64,000 bases of DNA, taken from positions 1,240,001 through 1,304,000 of the forward strand of contig CATNEN010000024.1 of NCBI GenBank assembly GCA_950097015.1. Direction: 5' to 3'. How positions within the stretch are numbered: position 1 is the stretch's first letter; the number at the start of each line of letters is the position of its first letter. The DNA is from Macrostomum hystrix (taxonomy: Eukaryota; Animalia; Platyhelminthes). The notes beneath the pieces were generated by a model, which saw only the letters and a list, made by a program, of their open reading frames with translations, had not been told where the DNA came from and made no database searches. This document shows, piece by piece, positions 52,411 to 63,862 of the stretch. Made by a program: the position numbers and the translations under genes.

Positions 52411-53970
52411 TTAACAGCCGCCACTGACCTGAAAGGTGGCATCCTCTTCTGACTCCGGCTCGGACCGATAGTGACTGATCCAATTGAAAGCCGCCTGCAC
52501 GCGCTCCGGTGTAAATAGGTGGGCCATTTTCGGCTTGTAACTCTGGCACATTGCAGCCACCTCTTGGGCGTGTTGGGATACTTCGCCAGCAGCAGACACA
52601 GCGGCTGCGGACTGTTGCTGTTGCTGTTGCTGCTGCTGCTGCTGCTGCTGTTGTTCAACACTAGAAGCGCCGGTAACAACAGCGGTCGCTGCAATTTCTT
52701 CGCCAGGCGGAGCAGCCGCCGTCGCTACTGTGAATCGGCCGCGTTTAACGCTGCACAACTCCGCGCCGCCAATTCGAGGCGGCCCGGGCGCGGTGGCTGC
52801 CGTTGCGGAGGACGCTGTAGCCGTCGCAGATGCCATTGCGGTCGCCGTTGCCGCAACCGCCGCTGTCGACGAAGTTGGCAAAGTTGCCGAATCCGGCGGA
52901 CTCGCCCGCTGCTCCGGCACCGGACTAGCCGGGGGATTCGGCGGATTAGGCGGCTCGTCGGATCGATCCTCGGCAGCTTCCAAGTCCAAGTTGGACGGCG
53001 GCGGCGTTCGATGATGGGACGGTGGAGTGGGCTGGGGCGGCGTCGACGAGGCTTGCAGCGGCAGCGGCGGCGGCGCCTGACGGGACGGTGGCTGGGACGA
53101 CTGCTGCGATTGAAGCAGCGGTGGAGTCGCTAGCGAAGAGGAAGGCACCTTGGAGGAGTCCGAAGTAGCCGCTGTCGCGCTGGCGGCGGCAAACAAAGCC
53201 GAAGGCGCAGACGGAGCCGCTGCGGAGGCATCAGCGGCGGACAGCTCAGTAGGCGGAGTGGCCGTGGCCGAGGCTCCGTCCAACTGACCAGCTGGCAGCA
53301 CCGGGCAGGGCAGCGAGGCCTTGTGACGCCGGCGGCCGCGAGCCGGGCTGGGCTCATCGTCAGCGCGAACAGTGGCCACCTCCAGCCGGCCAGCTGCACC
53401 GGGCTTCCGAGCCTGGTCGCATTTCGGATAGTGCAGCATCGCCAGCGGGATTCGCTCGTAGTGCGACCGTCTGGATAGCTGCGGCTGCTGATGACACTGG
53501 GCGTGAGGATAAGCGATGGGAGTTGGCGGCAGGGGATCGCACATTAACAAATTCTGCTCAGTGCGTAATTCCATCTCAGTCTTTGGCGGCAGGGAGGTTG
53601 GCACACCGGGCAGGTGCTCGTCCCACACTGAGGCGCGACCTTTTGAGCCCCATTTTTGTCGATACTCTTCGTAGCGCACAACCTTGAAGCGCATCGGCTT
53701 GCCGCCAGTTGGCTGAGCCGATCCGGCTGGGGCCGTCCGGGCTGCGGCTGCCGCCGCCGCCGCCGCAGCCGCCGCGGCTTTGCCACTAATTGGCGGATGA
53801 TTCTCCCTGTCGGGATTGGATTCCTGATCCGAGTACATTGCGCGGCTGCTACTGCCACCGCCGTCTTCGGCCTCGCTGTCTGTGGCGCAGGCGTCCTGCA
53901 GCTGCAGGGCGGCGGACCTGGCGGCTAGCGCCTTGTTGCTGCTGCTGCTGTTGGCTGCTGCGCCGTGCAT
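52411..53970 (-). CDS. Low-complexity (Ala/Pro/Ser/Gln) 519-aa protein with two RFxV motifs; one resembles the conserved N-terminal motif of long TSC22D/bunched isoforms
   Basis: Long GC-rich open frame; MRFKVVRYEEYRQKWGSKGRASVWD resembles TSC22D RFRVVKLD...KGRWTC; KRGRFTVAT is a second RFxV. No TSC box or leucine zipper seen in the ORF. Confidence 0.6.
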   Translation of the reverse strand: MHGAAANSSSSNKALAARSAALQLQDACATDSEAEDGGGSSSRAMYSDQESNPDRENHPPISGKAAAAAAAAAAAAARTAPAGSAQPTGGKPMRFKVVRYEEYRQKWGSKGRASVWDEHLPGVPTSLPPKTEMELRTEQNLLMCDPLPPTPIAYPHAQCHQQPQLSRRSHYERIPLAMLHYPKCDQARKPGAAGRLEVATVRADDEPSPARGRRRHKASLPCPVLPAGQLDGASATATPPTELSAADASAAAPSAPSALFAAASATAATSDSSKVPSSSLATPPLLQSQQSSQPPSRQAPPPLPLQASSTPPQPTPPSHHRTPPPSNLDLEAAEDRSDEPPNPPNPPASPVPEQRASPPDSATLPTSSTAAVAATATAMASATATASSATAATAPGPPRIGGAELCSVKRGRFTVATAAAPPGEEIAATAVVTGASSVEQQQQQQQQQQQQQQSAAAVSAAGEVSQHAQEVAAMCQSYKPKMAHLFTPERVQAAFNWISHYRSEPESEEDATFQVSGGC

Positions 53971-56499
53971 TCCTGCCGAGGCCTCCGCTGAAATGAGCGC
54001 ATTACAGCGGAGTCAGGCGTGTGGTCTAAACGCTTAAAACTAAATGGATGAATTTAAAGAATTCTAGATAAATGCTGGTCTAAATACTGGCAGCGATTCT
54101 CTGGCTATGTATGTATGAGTGTATATATATATACAACTGTTCTGAATGCGTCTACAAGCGTGACGTTGGCCGCTTTCTCTCGCTCATTTTTCTCTTCTTT
54201 CTGTGTCGCGGGCATGCGGGCGGAGGTTGAGGCGGGTTGAGGCGGAGGAGTGGCGGGCCGTGCGATAGAGGGACGGGCGGAAATCTAGCCGCCCACCTCG
54301 AAGCCGCGAAAGTACAGTGTTCAGTTTAATAGAAGAAATGCGACTGGGAAGGGGAGCAGCCAGCGGGGCTAGTAACTGTATTATTAAGTAAGGTAGGCGC
54401 CCTGAGGCTGTCTGGGATTCAAGAAATGTAACAGAAAGGGGATAGAGAAGCGGGGGAGAGCGGAGACAGACGGACAAGAGAGTGCACTTTTAACAGCCAC
54501 CCATAACCCTCCCCAATCATGAGACTGTATTAACCGTTCCCTACTCCACTCCCTAGACAGAGCGGCCTAGTTTTCTAATATAATATAATCTTCCTTTAGC
54601 ATTCTAAACTTAGAAAATGATTCAGCAATAGTCTGAGCAAGCGGATGAATCGTGCCAAAACGTCGTAGGGCGCGTTCTTAAAAAATAGGAGAAGGAAAAG
54701 AGGAAGCGCATTGGTGAGGAGGGGGGCTGCTGGCAGTGTGGCAGCAGCCAGAAGAAATTACGGCTTCCCAAATAGACGCCAGTCGAAGTACAATCACTCT
54801 GACAGAAAAGTTAATACGGCGACTGCAATAGACCCAACACAACACAATGTGTCCGTACGTACGTACGAGCATTACTTTTCCTACAAACTTAGTTATGGCT
54901 TCTTATTAGAAAATCTACTGGTTTTTTGTCCATTCTCTTTCTGTCTCAGTCACACAGCAACTGCAGCAGCTGGTGTTAAATTCTGCTTGTCACCGAGTAC
55001 TTCAAAAATTGTCACTACGTTCCCTATGACTATGGCCCCTATCCTCCATGTAGGGGTCGGAGCCTCATAGTTCTCTGTAATAGCCGTGTGTGTGTGTGTG
55101 TGTGTGTGAAATCTTGCACAGAAACAAACGAAAGATAGCTGTAGAGTAATAAAACAAGTACTCATTCTCATTTTGAGACCCGACAGTCTGTAATAAATCT
55201 AAGGCCTGTAGTTTACTCTAACTATAAAATCTGTCTGGAGTCTGGGCACGAGCGAAGGGAATAGTGCAATTTCGAAGACAGATGGACAGATGAAAGAGAA
55301 GCAAGATGGGAGAGCGAATGACTGAGGCGGAGTAGGAGTCTGACAGATTAGAAGACTGCAATCTGAATTATGTTACCTAATGATTAGTCGTACTACAACT
55401 AGTACAATAGCAGCATTATTAGCTTCTATAATGACACTCTACAGATGAGATGGGCACAATGACGCCACAGACTAGCTGCTTCTGTTTGCCGGCATACGCA
55501 GCAAAAGTAGAATGGTGCTAAGGAGGGAAGGAAGAGCGAGAAGATATAGAGAGCAAAACTGAGATTTCAGGTACTAAAGTGCAAACTCAAACATACTCAA
55601 CTGAAGTGAGCAGAATGAGTATATCAAATGCTAAACTGGCCACTCTAACTATGACTAGTTAAAGCGAGACAAAGACAACTAACAAAAAATAATATACGAT
55701 CGTAGTAAAGTCTAAGTAAGACAATTATGCCCTTATCTCTAACTCATCTCACCTCTACCTCTCTCAACTCATCCGCGTCTTATCTAACCACTACCTAGTC
55801 TCTACCCTGCCTAATCTCAACCGCGTCTCAATCTCAATCTCAACCTAATCGTTACCTAACTACGATTACTATAATTACTATTACCTACCTCATGGACTTA
55901 TAAACCAAAAAATTAGGCGTTGTTTATTAAATGCGAACATGAGTCATTGAAAGCCATTCACTGCACACAGTCGTGACTCATGACGGTACCCACTTACACC
56001 TGGATCTGACAAATCGAGGGAGATAGGACAAAAACTAACTGAGCTACACACTGACTCACTAGCGGCAAACAACAGCTTACCAAAAAATAAGCAGAAAGAA
56101 ACGAAATCTGTAAAAATAAGAAATTAATTAATAAACAGAGATAGTCATAAACCGCTATGTTATTTAGCATAGAAACACGAGAAGTAGTCAAAGAGAAAAA
56201 GCTAACTACTGACTGATATTTAGCATTGATAAAAACAAATATAATGTGGAACATAAAAAGCCTTTGCACCGTGAATGTAAATTCAAAATGTACTGATAGA
56301 ATGGCACCTGCGGAATTAATGAAAATTTATTTCTAGTTGGAAACAAAATAAAAATTGTTTGTCTAAAGGTAACACTGAATTTGCATAGAAACTATCTGGG
56401 CCCCAGAAAGTTCTTAAATAACCTGGGTCTTACTGTTTATAATAAACTACGAATATAAAATAGAAATTAATGACCAATTGAGAACTGCACAGATATTTC

Positions 56500-57020
56500 T
56501 AGGAATCCATCATCATGAACCGGGAATTCCACGGAGATTTCCAAGAATTCATCATCATGAATGGGGAATTCCAGGAAGATTTCCAAGAATTCATCATCAT
56601 GAATTGGGAATTTCAGAGAGATTTCCGAAAATGTCTTATCATCAACTGGGAATTCCAGAGAGACTTCCAAGAATTCGTTATCATCAACTGGGAATTCCAC
56701 GGAGATTTCCAAGAATTCATCATGCACTGGGAATTCCAGAGAAACTTCCAAGAATTCGTAATCATCAACTGGGAATTCCAGGCAGATTTTCCAAGAATTC
56801 ATCATCATGCACTGGGAATTCCAGAGAAACTTCCAAGAATTCGTAATCATCAACTGGGAATTCCAGGTAGATTTCCAAGAATTCATCACCATCAACTGGG
56901 AATTCCAGGGAGATTTTCAAGAATTCGTTATCATCAACTGGGAATTCCAGGTAGATTTTCGAGAATTCGTTATCATCAACTGGGAATTCCAGGGAGATTT
57001 CCAAGAATTCGTCATCATGA
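56500..57020 (+). repeat. About 39-42 bp degenerate minisatellite directly downstream of the ALG6 stop
   Basis: Unit atcatcaactgggaattccagggagatttccaagaattc(gtt). Confidence 0.9.
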
Positions 57021-57052
57021 ACGGAGAACTACGGCCAATGAAACAGTGTTAA

Positions 57053-58516
57053 TCAAGCCAATTCAAGCAGGCGCCACAATCGCAGATGCGCAAGCAGAAG
57101 GAAGACGCAGAATGCTAGGCAAGAACTGGCCGATATTAGCAGCGAGTACAGATAGGGCAGGCTGGCAGGCGCGGGCAGGACGGCGCCAGCGACAATCGAG
57201 GCTAGCACTGGGGCGTGCAGGCACGCGTGCATTAGTAGCGTAGCTGACTTTTGCCGATTCGAACCCATTCTAAGCATCAAAACGGCGGCAACAAGAAAGA
57301 CGCCGCAAGAGCAGATAGTTGGCAAAGCCAGGCCGTCTTTGTAGGCCAATAGTGGCCACATGCTGTTGGCAGCCAATAGTTGGAAGCTGCAGGCAAACAA
57401 TGGCGCATCGGCTAGAAGCAGAGCGGCTGACATGGCCGGCAATAGGACTGACTTCTCGTGCGCCTGATAGGAGAATAGAAAGAAAGCTAGCGAGGCGACA
57501 AAGGAGGCGTAGAGCAGGGCGGACCGGCCGGGCCGGTAAAGGCACCTAGCCAGAGCTGGCGCGCAGGCAAGCAAAGTGGCGACAGCGGCGATTCCGGCGG
57601 CGGCACCCTGGCTAACAATATTGCGCAGCTTCACTACAACATTGAGAGCGCACCAAACATTTGCCACGTGATCTTCGAATAGGCCTCGACCAATAGGAAA
57701 CAGGCGCTGGAGTGCTGCCAGTGCAGCCTGGCCATTTGGCGCGGCAGTTAGCAAAGGCAGCCAGGTGAGCAAGAAGACTAGGATAACAACTGCTGCAAGA
57801 GAGCAGAATAGTCGAATCGAACGCCAGGGTTTATCAGACAGAAGCAGCAGACGGCAATCGCCCAGAAGGTGACAGAATAGAGGCAGCGAATGATACAGAG
57901 CCATCTGTTTGTAGTTGAGAGCCAGGCAGAACAGTGCGGTGCCAATTAATTGACGCCTGCGAATTACAAGGAGATGAGCGGCAGCGGCCAGGCCCAGGCT
58001 GATGCAGTTGTACTGAAAATGGCCGTGATCAACCAGCGGCTGGCCGGGGATGAGCATAGCAACAAACGGTAGCAGCGGATTATTTGAGTAGGCTACGCTA
58101 GCTAATAGGACTGGCAAGTGGATTAGCAGGTCGCAAATTAGCACGGTTCCGCGCATCCAGATCTTGTGAGCAGGGCTTTGTTCGCCCCGAGAATCGCCCA
58201 GCGCCACCCAGCTGGCATTGATTGAAGCGGCCCGATAGCCCAGACCCAGGCTATGATAGGCGCTAAGAGGTGGATAGTCTAGGCCCCAGTACAGTAGATC
58301 ATTGCGGCTAGTGTTGATGTACCAGTCTGCCACGGGCAAGTTGATGGTCACCTCCTGCCAGTGCCGTTGGGCTTCATAGTCGCCAAACATTGGCGGACGG
58401 CACTGGCCAGAGTGGGGATAGGGGGCGATGGCTGCGCGCCAGGCCAGGCCAAGGCTGAGGGCGGCCAGCAACAGCAGCAGCAGCTGGCCTTGAGGCTGCT
58501 TCTTCGGCTTGGCTGC
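57053..58516 (-). CDS. ALG6: Dolichyl-P-Glc:Man9GlcNAc2-PP-Dol alpha-1,3-glucosyltransferase; intronless body, start codon not in this exon
   Basis: PPMFGDYEAQRHWQEVT, YWGLDYPPLSAYHS, VDHGHFQYN, ALNYKQMALY, RLFPIGRGLFEDHVAN, FFLFSYQAHEKSVLLP; many hydrophobic helices. An in-frame TGA at 58544-58546 precedes it with no ATG; acceptor CAG at 58517-58519. Confidence 0.95.
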   Translation of the reverse strand, partial: AAKPKKQPQGQLLLLLLAALSLGLAWRAAIAPYPHSGQCRPPMFGDYEAQRHWQEVTINLPVADWYINTSRNDLLYWGLDYPPLSAYHSLGLGYRAASINASWVALGDSRGEQSPAHKIWMRGTVLICDLLIHLPVLLASVAYSNNPLLPFVAMLIPGQPLVDHGHFQYNCISLGLAAAAHLLVIRRRQLIGTALFCLALNYKQMALYHSLPLFCHLLGDCRLLLLSDKPWRSIRLFCSLAAVVILVFLLTWLPLLTAAPNGQAALAALQRLFPIGRGLFEDHVANVWCALNVVVKLRNIVSQGAAAGIAAVATLLACAPALARCLYRPGRSALLYASFVASLAFFLFSYQAHEKSVLLPAMSAALLLADAPLFACSFQLLAANSMWPLLAYKDGLALPTICSCGVFLVAAVLMLRMGSNRQKSATLLMHACLHAPVLASIVAGAVLPAPASLPYLYSLLISASSCLAFCVFLLLAHLRLWRLLELA

Positions 58517-59711
58517 CTGCAATGCGATGCGATTAAGATGCTGTCACAAACTGGCGAAATTGCTTCCTTTTGGGCTGAGAATCGAACTTCCGAACTCTCG
58601 GTTAAAAGTTCGAAGCTCTAAACACTAGGCAACAAGCTTCCAATTACCAAGCAACGCTTAATATAGAAAAGAAACAGTCAGCAATGGCTTTTACATTCTT
58701 ACAAATGTCCCTACAGAATTACAGAAAAGAAAAGTCAGCAATGGCTGCCACACTCTAAGTCGGATTCCACGAAACATATCTACAGAACTACAGCTGTAAT
58801 TAGTGGCTGTTGCATTATAAAAAATCCCTACAGTACAGAAACTAACTATTGGCTGTTGCATTCTAAGAAACATATTTACAGAACAGAAACTGTAATTATT
58901 GACTGTCGCATTCTAAGAAATATCCCTACAGTACAGAAGCTGTTCTTTGTCCTTTGTCCTTAGTGGCTGTCGCATTCTAAGAAAAATTCTTAAGTATGGC
59001 TATAAAGATAGTAGGTGGCAATACTTGAAGATGGCTATAGTGTGAAACCATGATCCCATAAAACAAAAGTTCATCTCCTATCTCCGTGTTTTTACCAGAA
59101 AAGAATCAATTCTAGACATAACATTAACCATTTAAAAGTATCTCTGCAAAATGCCAGCAGACACAGACCCAGTAGTCCTTTTAACTTCTTAGAAAGACAC
59201 GGATACCTAAAGCGGAAAATTCAAGTTTCTTATCTTATGAAATCTAATCTAATCTTAGTAAAACGCTACTTCGCGATCTGCTTAAAAGATTAGGAAAATC
59301 AGACAAGTTGTTAGTTGGCACCAAAGTTAAACAAATGTTGCATTTCTTTCGTCAAGTAAAACTAGCCCATACTAGTAATCAGCAAAGTCAAGCTTGATAA
59401 CGACGCAGACAATGACAACAAAAACACAGTTAGCTAATTGGCCACTTGACTGCATAGAAGACTGTAAATCAGGCCTCATAATTAATCAATATACGAGCTA
59501 AGCTATGCTGAAATTTGAGAAAGTATGATATTGGGAAGTGGGATTTTTCTGAATCAGGATTTCGGAAAGGGGGATACTTTAGTGCGGGTTCCTACAGAAG
59601 TGGAATCTGGGGACTCAAGATCGAAGTTAGGGACAAAAACGGGACCCAAATGCAGGAAACACGATTAACAAATATTATTAATAACTCTTCATCAGACTGT
59701 TGATTGCCGCA

Positions 59712-60680
59712 TCAAGCCGGCCCATAGAAGGTGGCAAACAGCAGGAAGCCGGAGTGGCAGGGCTGCTCGTAGGCCGGCTCGGTGGCAGCCACGCGAAGCG
59801 AATTAGTTTTTTTGGCTTTAGTGGTTGATGACGACGACGAGTTTTGAACAGCCGAAGTTTCAGCACTAGCGGCTGTCTCAGCCTCGGCGTCGTCAGCTTC
59901 GTCGTCCGATCCCAGATCGGCGTCCGGCAGTTCGCGCGTCTGCAGCATGTACCGACGCTGGTGACACTCCAGGCAGAGCAGATCGTTGAACCGGCGGGTC
60001 TTCCGCAGCGCAACGGCGGTCCGTTCAGCCTGCTGCACGCACGGGCTGAAGCTGGCGAACCTGGCGCCACGACGCAGGCAGGCCGGCAGGGTTGGCACCG
60101 TCAGCCAGGGCTGCGGCAGGTCCAAGAACACGGCGTCGGCGTTTGACCCGGCCGGGAAGCCCAACTGGCAGACGTCGCGATGCTCGCAGACCGCCCATCG
60201 ATCCAGACTGTGCTCGGCTAGTTCTCGTTGAGCCGTAGCAGCCCGTTCGGCGTGAAAGTCGAACGTGAGCACCCGGCCAGTTGGCATGACAGCTCTGGCC
60301 AAGCAGTGAGTAAATGCCGCACTGCCAGTGCCAGCCTCCAGTACAATGCGACCTGGCCGCAGGTCAAGCTGGGCGACAATTAGGCAGGTATCGGGCGGAT
60401 ACAGGATCTGTGTGCGGTGAGGCAGAGCCCGGGCCCACAGCTCTGGTACTAGGGGCAGTAGGCGGACAAAGCCACGCTTAGTCTGCAGCCGGGAGCCGTA
60501 GCGTTTGCCAATAAGTTCTGAGAATTTCAACACGCCGCCAACTGTCTGCACGCTGCCGCTGGCGGAGGTCACCTTCACCGGCTTGGTGTTGCCGTGGCGC
60601 TGCTTTAGTAGTACAACGTCGCCAATGGCAACCCGGTGACGATTGAATACGGACGCTTCGCTAGGCTGAGGTTCGGCCAT
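59712..60680 (-). CDS. TRMT61A: tRNA (adenine-58-N1)-methyltransferase catalytic subunit (GCD14 family), 322 aa, intronless
   Basis: PELWARALPHRTQILY, VLEAGTGSA, VLTFDFH, DAVFLDLPQPW, SFSPCVQQ, HSGFLLFAT. ATG at 60680 with an acceptor 16 nt upstream. Confidence 0.95.
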   Translation of the reverse strand: MAEPQPSEASVFNRHRVAIGDVVLLKQRHGNTKPVKVTSASGSVQTVGGVLKFSELIGKRYGSRLQTKRGFVRLLPLVPELWARALPHRTQILYPPDTCLIVAQLDLRPGRIVLEAGTGSAAFTHCLARAVMPTGRVLTFDFHAERAATAQRELAEHSLDRWAVCEHRDVCQLGFPAGSNADAVFLDLPQPWLTVPTLPACLRRGARFASFSPCVQQAERTAVALRKTRRFNDLLCLECHQRRYMLQTRELPDADLGSDDEADDAEAETAASAETSAVQNSSSSSTTKAKKTNSLRVAATEPAYEQPCHSGFLLFATFYGPA

Positions 60681-60784
60681 TGTTTCATAGAGAAAACTGC
60701 AAATTGGCGCAGACAACAATTATCAATATAGGGACAAAGGAATACCAATAGACAGATAGTAGAACTGGTGGATAAGAGATTAAG

Positions 60785-61355
60785 GGTGGTGGCGGACATG
60801 GGGATTGGAAGAGGTGGCGGACAGGGGGATTGGAAGAGGTGGCGGACAGGGGGATTGGAAGAGGAGTTGGACAGGGGGATTGGAAGAGGTGGCGGACAGG
60901 GGGATTGGGAGAGTTGATGGACAGGGGGATTGGATGAGGTGGCGGACAGGGGGATTGGATGAGGTGGCGGACAGGGGGATTGAAAGAGGTGGCGGACAGG
61001 GGGATTGGAAGAGGTGGCGGACAGGGGGATTGGAAGAGGTGGCGGACAGGGGGATTGGAAGAGGTGGCGGACAGGGGGATTGGATGAGGTGGCGGACAGG
61101 GGGATTGAAAGAGGTGGCGGACAGGGGGATTGGAAGAGGTGGCGGACAGGGGGATTGGAAGAGGTGGCGGACAGGGGGATTGGAAGAGGTGGCGGACAGG
61201 GGGATTGGAAGAGGTGGCGGACAGGGGGATTGGAAGAGGTGGCGGACAGGGGGATTGGAAGAGGTGGCGGACAGGGAGATTGGATGAGGTGGCGGACAGG
61301 GGGATTGGATGAGGTGGCGGACAGGGGGATTGGAAGAGGTGGCGGACAGGGAGAT
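60785..61355 (+). repeat. 25-bp minisatellite between TRMT61A and HSF
   Basis: Unit gtggcggacagggggattggaagag; source of the overlapping periodic ORFs at 60605-61430. Confidence 0.95.
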
Positions 61356-61956
61356 TGTAAGAACAATGAAGTGGAAACAAAGGACAAGGGATGGACTAAA
61401 TGACTCCAACGATAAGGCTTTACAAAGCATAGATGATTACGCAGAATCTATCAAATGGCAGTGCTTATTTTTATTTAGCTCAAGGAATAGAAAACTGTAG
61501 AAAGCTGAAAAGCTTAGTTCCAAAAATAAGTGTTTCGGGTAGAAAAATAATAGATACGCATAAGTGACCATGAAGGTTAGTTAATTCAAGTTATTGGCTA
61601 ATTTCTAAACGGAATTTTATTAACAGAAACCAGATAAGTTACAATTGTGATAATGCCAATACTAAATAATTTAGTAATAAACTGATGAACTATGCTCGAG
61701 ATGAAACACAGGAAACTGCAGTCTATTAGAGCTTGGACATATGTATAATTATAAATAGAGAATACGTATTTAAGAATTAACAATTTTGCAGCAACCATTT
61801 TTGTTCACTGAAATTAATCCCAACATTATTCTAAATGTTAAGTTAAAAAATCTGAGGTTACTGTTTAGACGAAAATGAATTTGAAAGAGAAATCTGACAG
61901 TGCAGATAGATCGGCCAGTCATTGATGAGCATTGGGCTTTAGTGCTTACAAGATAG

Positions 61957-63198
61957 TCATGGTGCTGGAAGGGAGCATATACCTACATTTGATCGCTTGT
62001 TTGTCCGATTACTATTAGCATGATCGTCATTCTCGTCAGAGTTGGGACTAGCCTGATTAAAAACAGCAGCAGCAGCAGCAGTCTGTACTGGCTGAGCCGA
62101 CGGTGGCGGCGCTGGCGGTGGCGGCGGAGCAACGAGCTCTTCAAATGACAACTGCAATTGTTCAGTGGGATCTGACAGCATGCCCAGCCAGTCAATGTCG
62201 TGAAGACCAATAGACTGGTCCATGACCTCCATCAGGTGATCCAGAGATGGCAACTGCTGCTGCATGTGGCTGTCTGGCGGGCCGGAATGCATCGGCGAAG
62301 GCAGATTCAAGCTAGCGCCGCCAACAATGGAATCTATATCGGCGGAGTCAGCTTGCACTGTTGGACTCTGACTGTGCTGACTAGGCTGACTGAACGCATT
62401 CGGCTGCTGCTGGGAGGTGCCAGTTGTTGAACCTACTGAAGGCGGCGAGGGCGAGTTCATAAAGAACTCCGTCACCTCCTCGATGGTGACATCGCCACCT
62501 TGCTGACTAGCTTCAGTTGCTTCTGTGAAGTCGTTGAAAGTTAATAAACGAGGCCGTTTAGCTGCTGGCTGTTGATCCTGCTGCTGCTGCTGCGGCTGCT
62601 GCTGCTGCTGCTGCTGCTGACCGGCTTCGATGGCCATCTGAACGGGCGGCCGGCGCTTTGGCAGCAGCAATGAGAAAAAGTTCACTAGCCAACGGACAGC
62701 ATCCTGCTGCCTTCTCTGCTGCTGGCGCAGGTACTGAACCTCCAGCCAGAGCTGCTGGTTCTCAGCGCGCAGCCTGTTTAACTCCTCCTCGCTGCCGGCC
62801 TGCTTGGCCTTGACGCTTGCCAGATCCGAGCGGACCCGGCCACCCGCCTGCTGCTGCTGCTGTTGCTGCTGTCCAACACGGCGAATGCTAGACAACAAGT
62901 CTGGTGCGTCGCGCAGAAAGCAAGGATGCGCGAATTCCATACTATTTAAATCGGCGCGATTCTGTTTGCGAAATGAGTATAAATTTAATTGCCGGATAAA
63001 GCTAGCCAGATTGCTGTGCTTAAAGTAGCAGGGCAGCACTTCCCTAGCTAATAGGTTGCCATCCGTGATAACAAACGATTTGCCATCCTCCGACCAGGAG
63101 ATTAGATGTTGAGCAGCCGGATCCTGTACCAGATGCCACAGGCTGACTACAAAGCCCGGCACTTCTGCCGATATTCGACCGGGGATCTTGGCCGGCAT
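61957..63198 (-). CDS. HSF1: Heat shock transcription factor, 413 aa, intronless
   Basis: HSF DNA-binding domain FVVSLWHLVQDP...LISWSEDGKSFVI...VLPCYFKHSNLASFIRQLNLYSFRK; HR-A/B coiled coil LNRLRAENQQLWLEVQYLRQQQRRQQ; acceptor tttccag 5 nt upstream of the ATG. HSF1 orthology is assumed. Confidence 0.92.
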   Translation of the reverse strand: MPAKIPGRISAEVPGFVVSLWHLVQDPAAQHLISWSEDGKSFVITDGNLLAREVLPCYFKHSNLASFIRQLNLYSFRKQNRADLNSMEFAHPCFLRDAPDLLSSIRRVGQQQQQQQQAGGRVRSDLASVKAKQAGSEEELNRLRAENQQLWLEVQYLRQQQRRQQDAVRWLVNFFSLLLPKRRPPVQMAIEAGQQQQQQQQPQQQQQDQQPAAKRPRLLTFNDFTEATEASQQGGDVTIEEVTEFFMNSPSPPSVGSTTGTSQQQPNAFSQPSQHSQSPTVQADSADIDSIVGGASLNLPSPMHSGPPDSHMQQQLPSLDHLMEVMDQSIGLHDIDWLGMLSDPTEQLQLSFEELVAPPPPPAPPPSAQPVQTAAAAAVFNQASPNSDENDDHANSNRTNKRSNVGICSLPAP

Positions 63199-63249
63199 GC
63201 TGTCTGGAAATTGGGGGTGGTGGATGCTGGGAAAGTGATGTCATATCAG

Positions 63250-63862
63250 GTTCACTATGGCGGGTAAACTATGGCGGGTAAACTATGACAGGTAGACTAT
63301 GACAGGTAAACAATGGCGGGTAAACTATGATAGGTTCACTATGGCGGGTAAACTATGGCGTGTAAACTATGACAGGTAGACTATGACAGGTAAACAATGG
63401 CGGGTAAACTATGATAGGTAAACTATGGCGGGTAAACTATGACAGGTAAACTATGGCGGGTAAACTATGACAGGTAAACTATGGCGGGTAAACTATGACA
63501 GGTAAACTATGGCGGGTAATTATGACAGGTAAACTATGACAGGTAATTGGTAAACTGTGGCGGGTAAACTATGACAGGTAAACTATGCCGGGAGAACTAT
63601 GACAGGTAAACTATGACAGGTAGAATATTGCAGGTAAACTATGACAGGTAAACTATGGCGGGTAAACTATGACAGGTAAACTATGGCGGGTAAACTATGG
63701 CGGGTAAACTATGACAGGTAAACTATGGCGGGTAAACTATGGCGGGTAAACTATGGCAGGTAAACTATGGCGGGTAAACTATGACAGGTAAACTATGGCA
63801 GGTAAACTATGGCGGGTAAACTATGGCGGGTAAACTATGGCGGGTAAACTATGACAGGCTAA
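63250..63862 (+). repeat. 14-bp two-variant minisatellite upstream of HSF
   Basis: Alternating units ggtaaactatggcg and ggtaaactatgaca. Confidence 0.95.

Noticed and set aside
52519-53996. Plus-strand Arg-rich ORFs antisense to the 519-aa gene (and similar shadows over PSMC5, ALG6, TRMT61A, HSF)
   Set aside because: Expected shadow ORFs of GC-rich coding sequence.
49483-61430. 195-260 aa periodic ORFs at 49.5-50.3 kb, 56.5-57.2 kb and 60.6-61.4 kb
   Set aside because: Translations of the 46-, 39-42- and 25-bp minisatellites.
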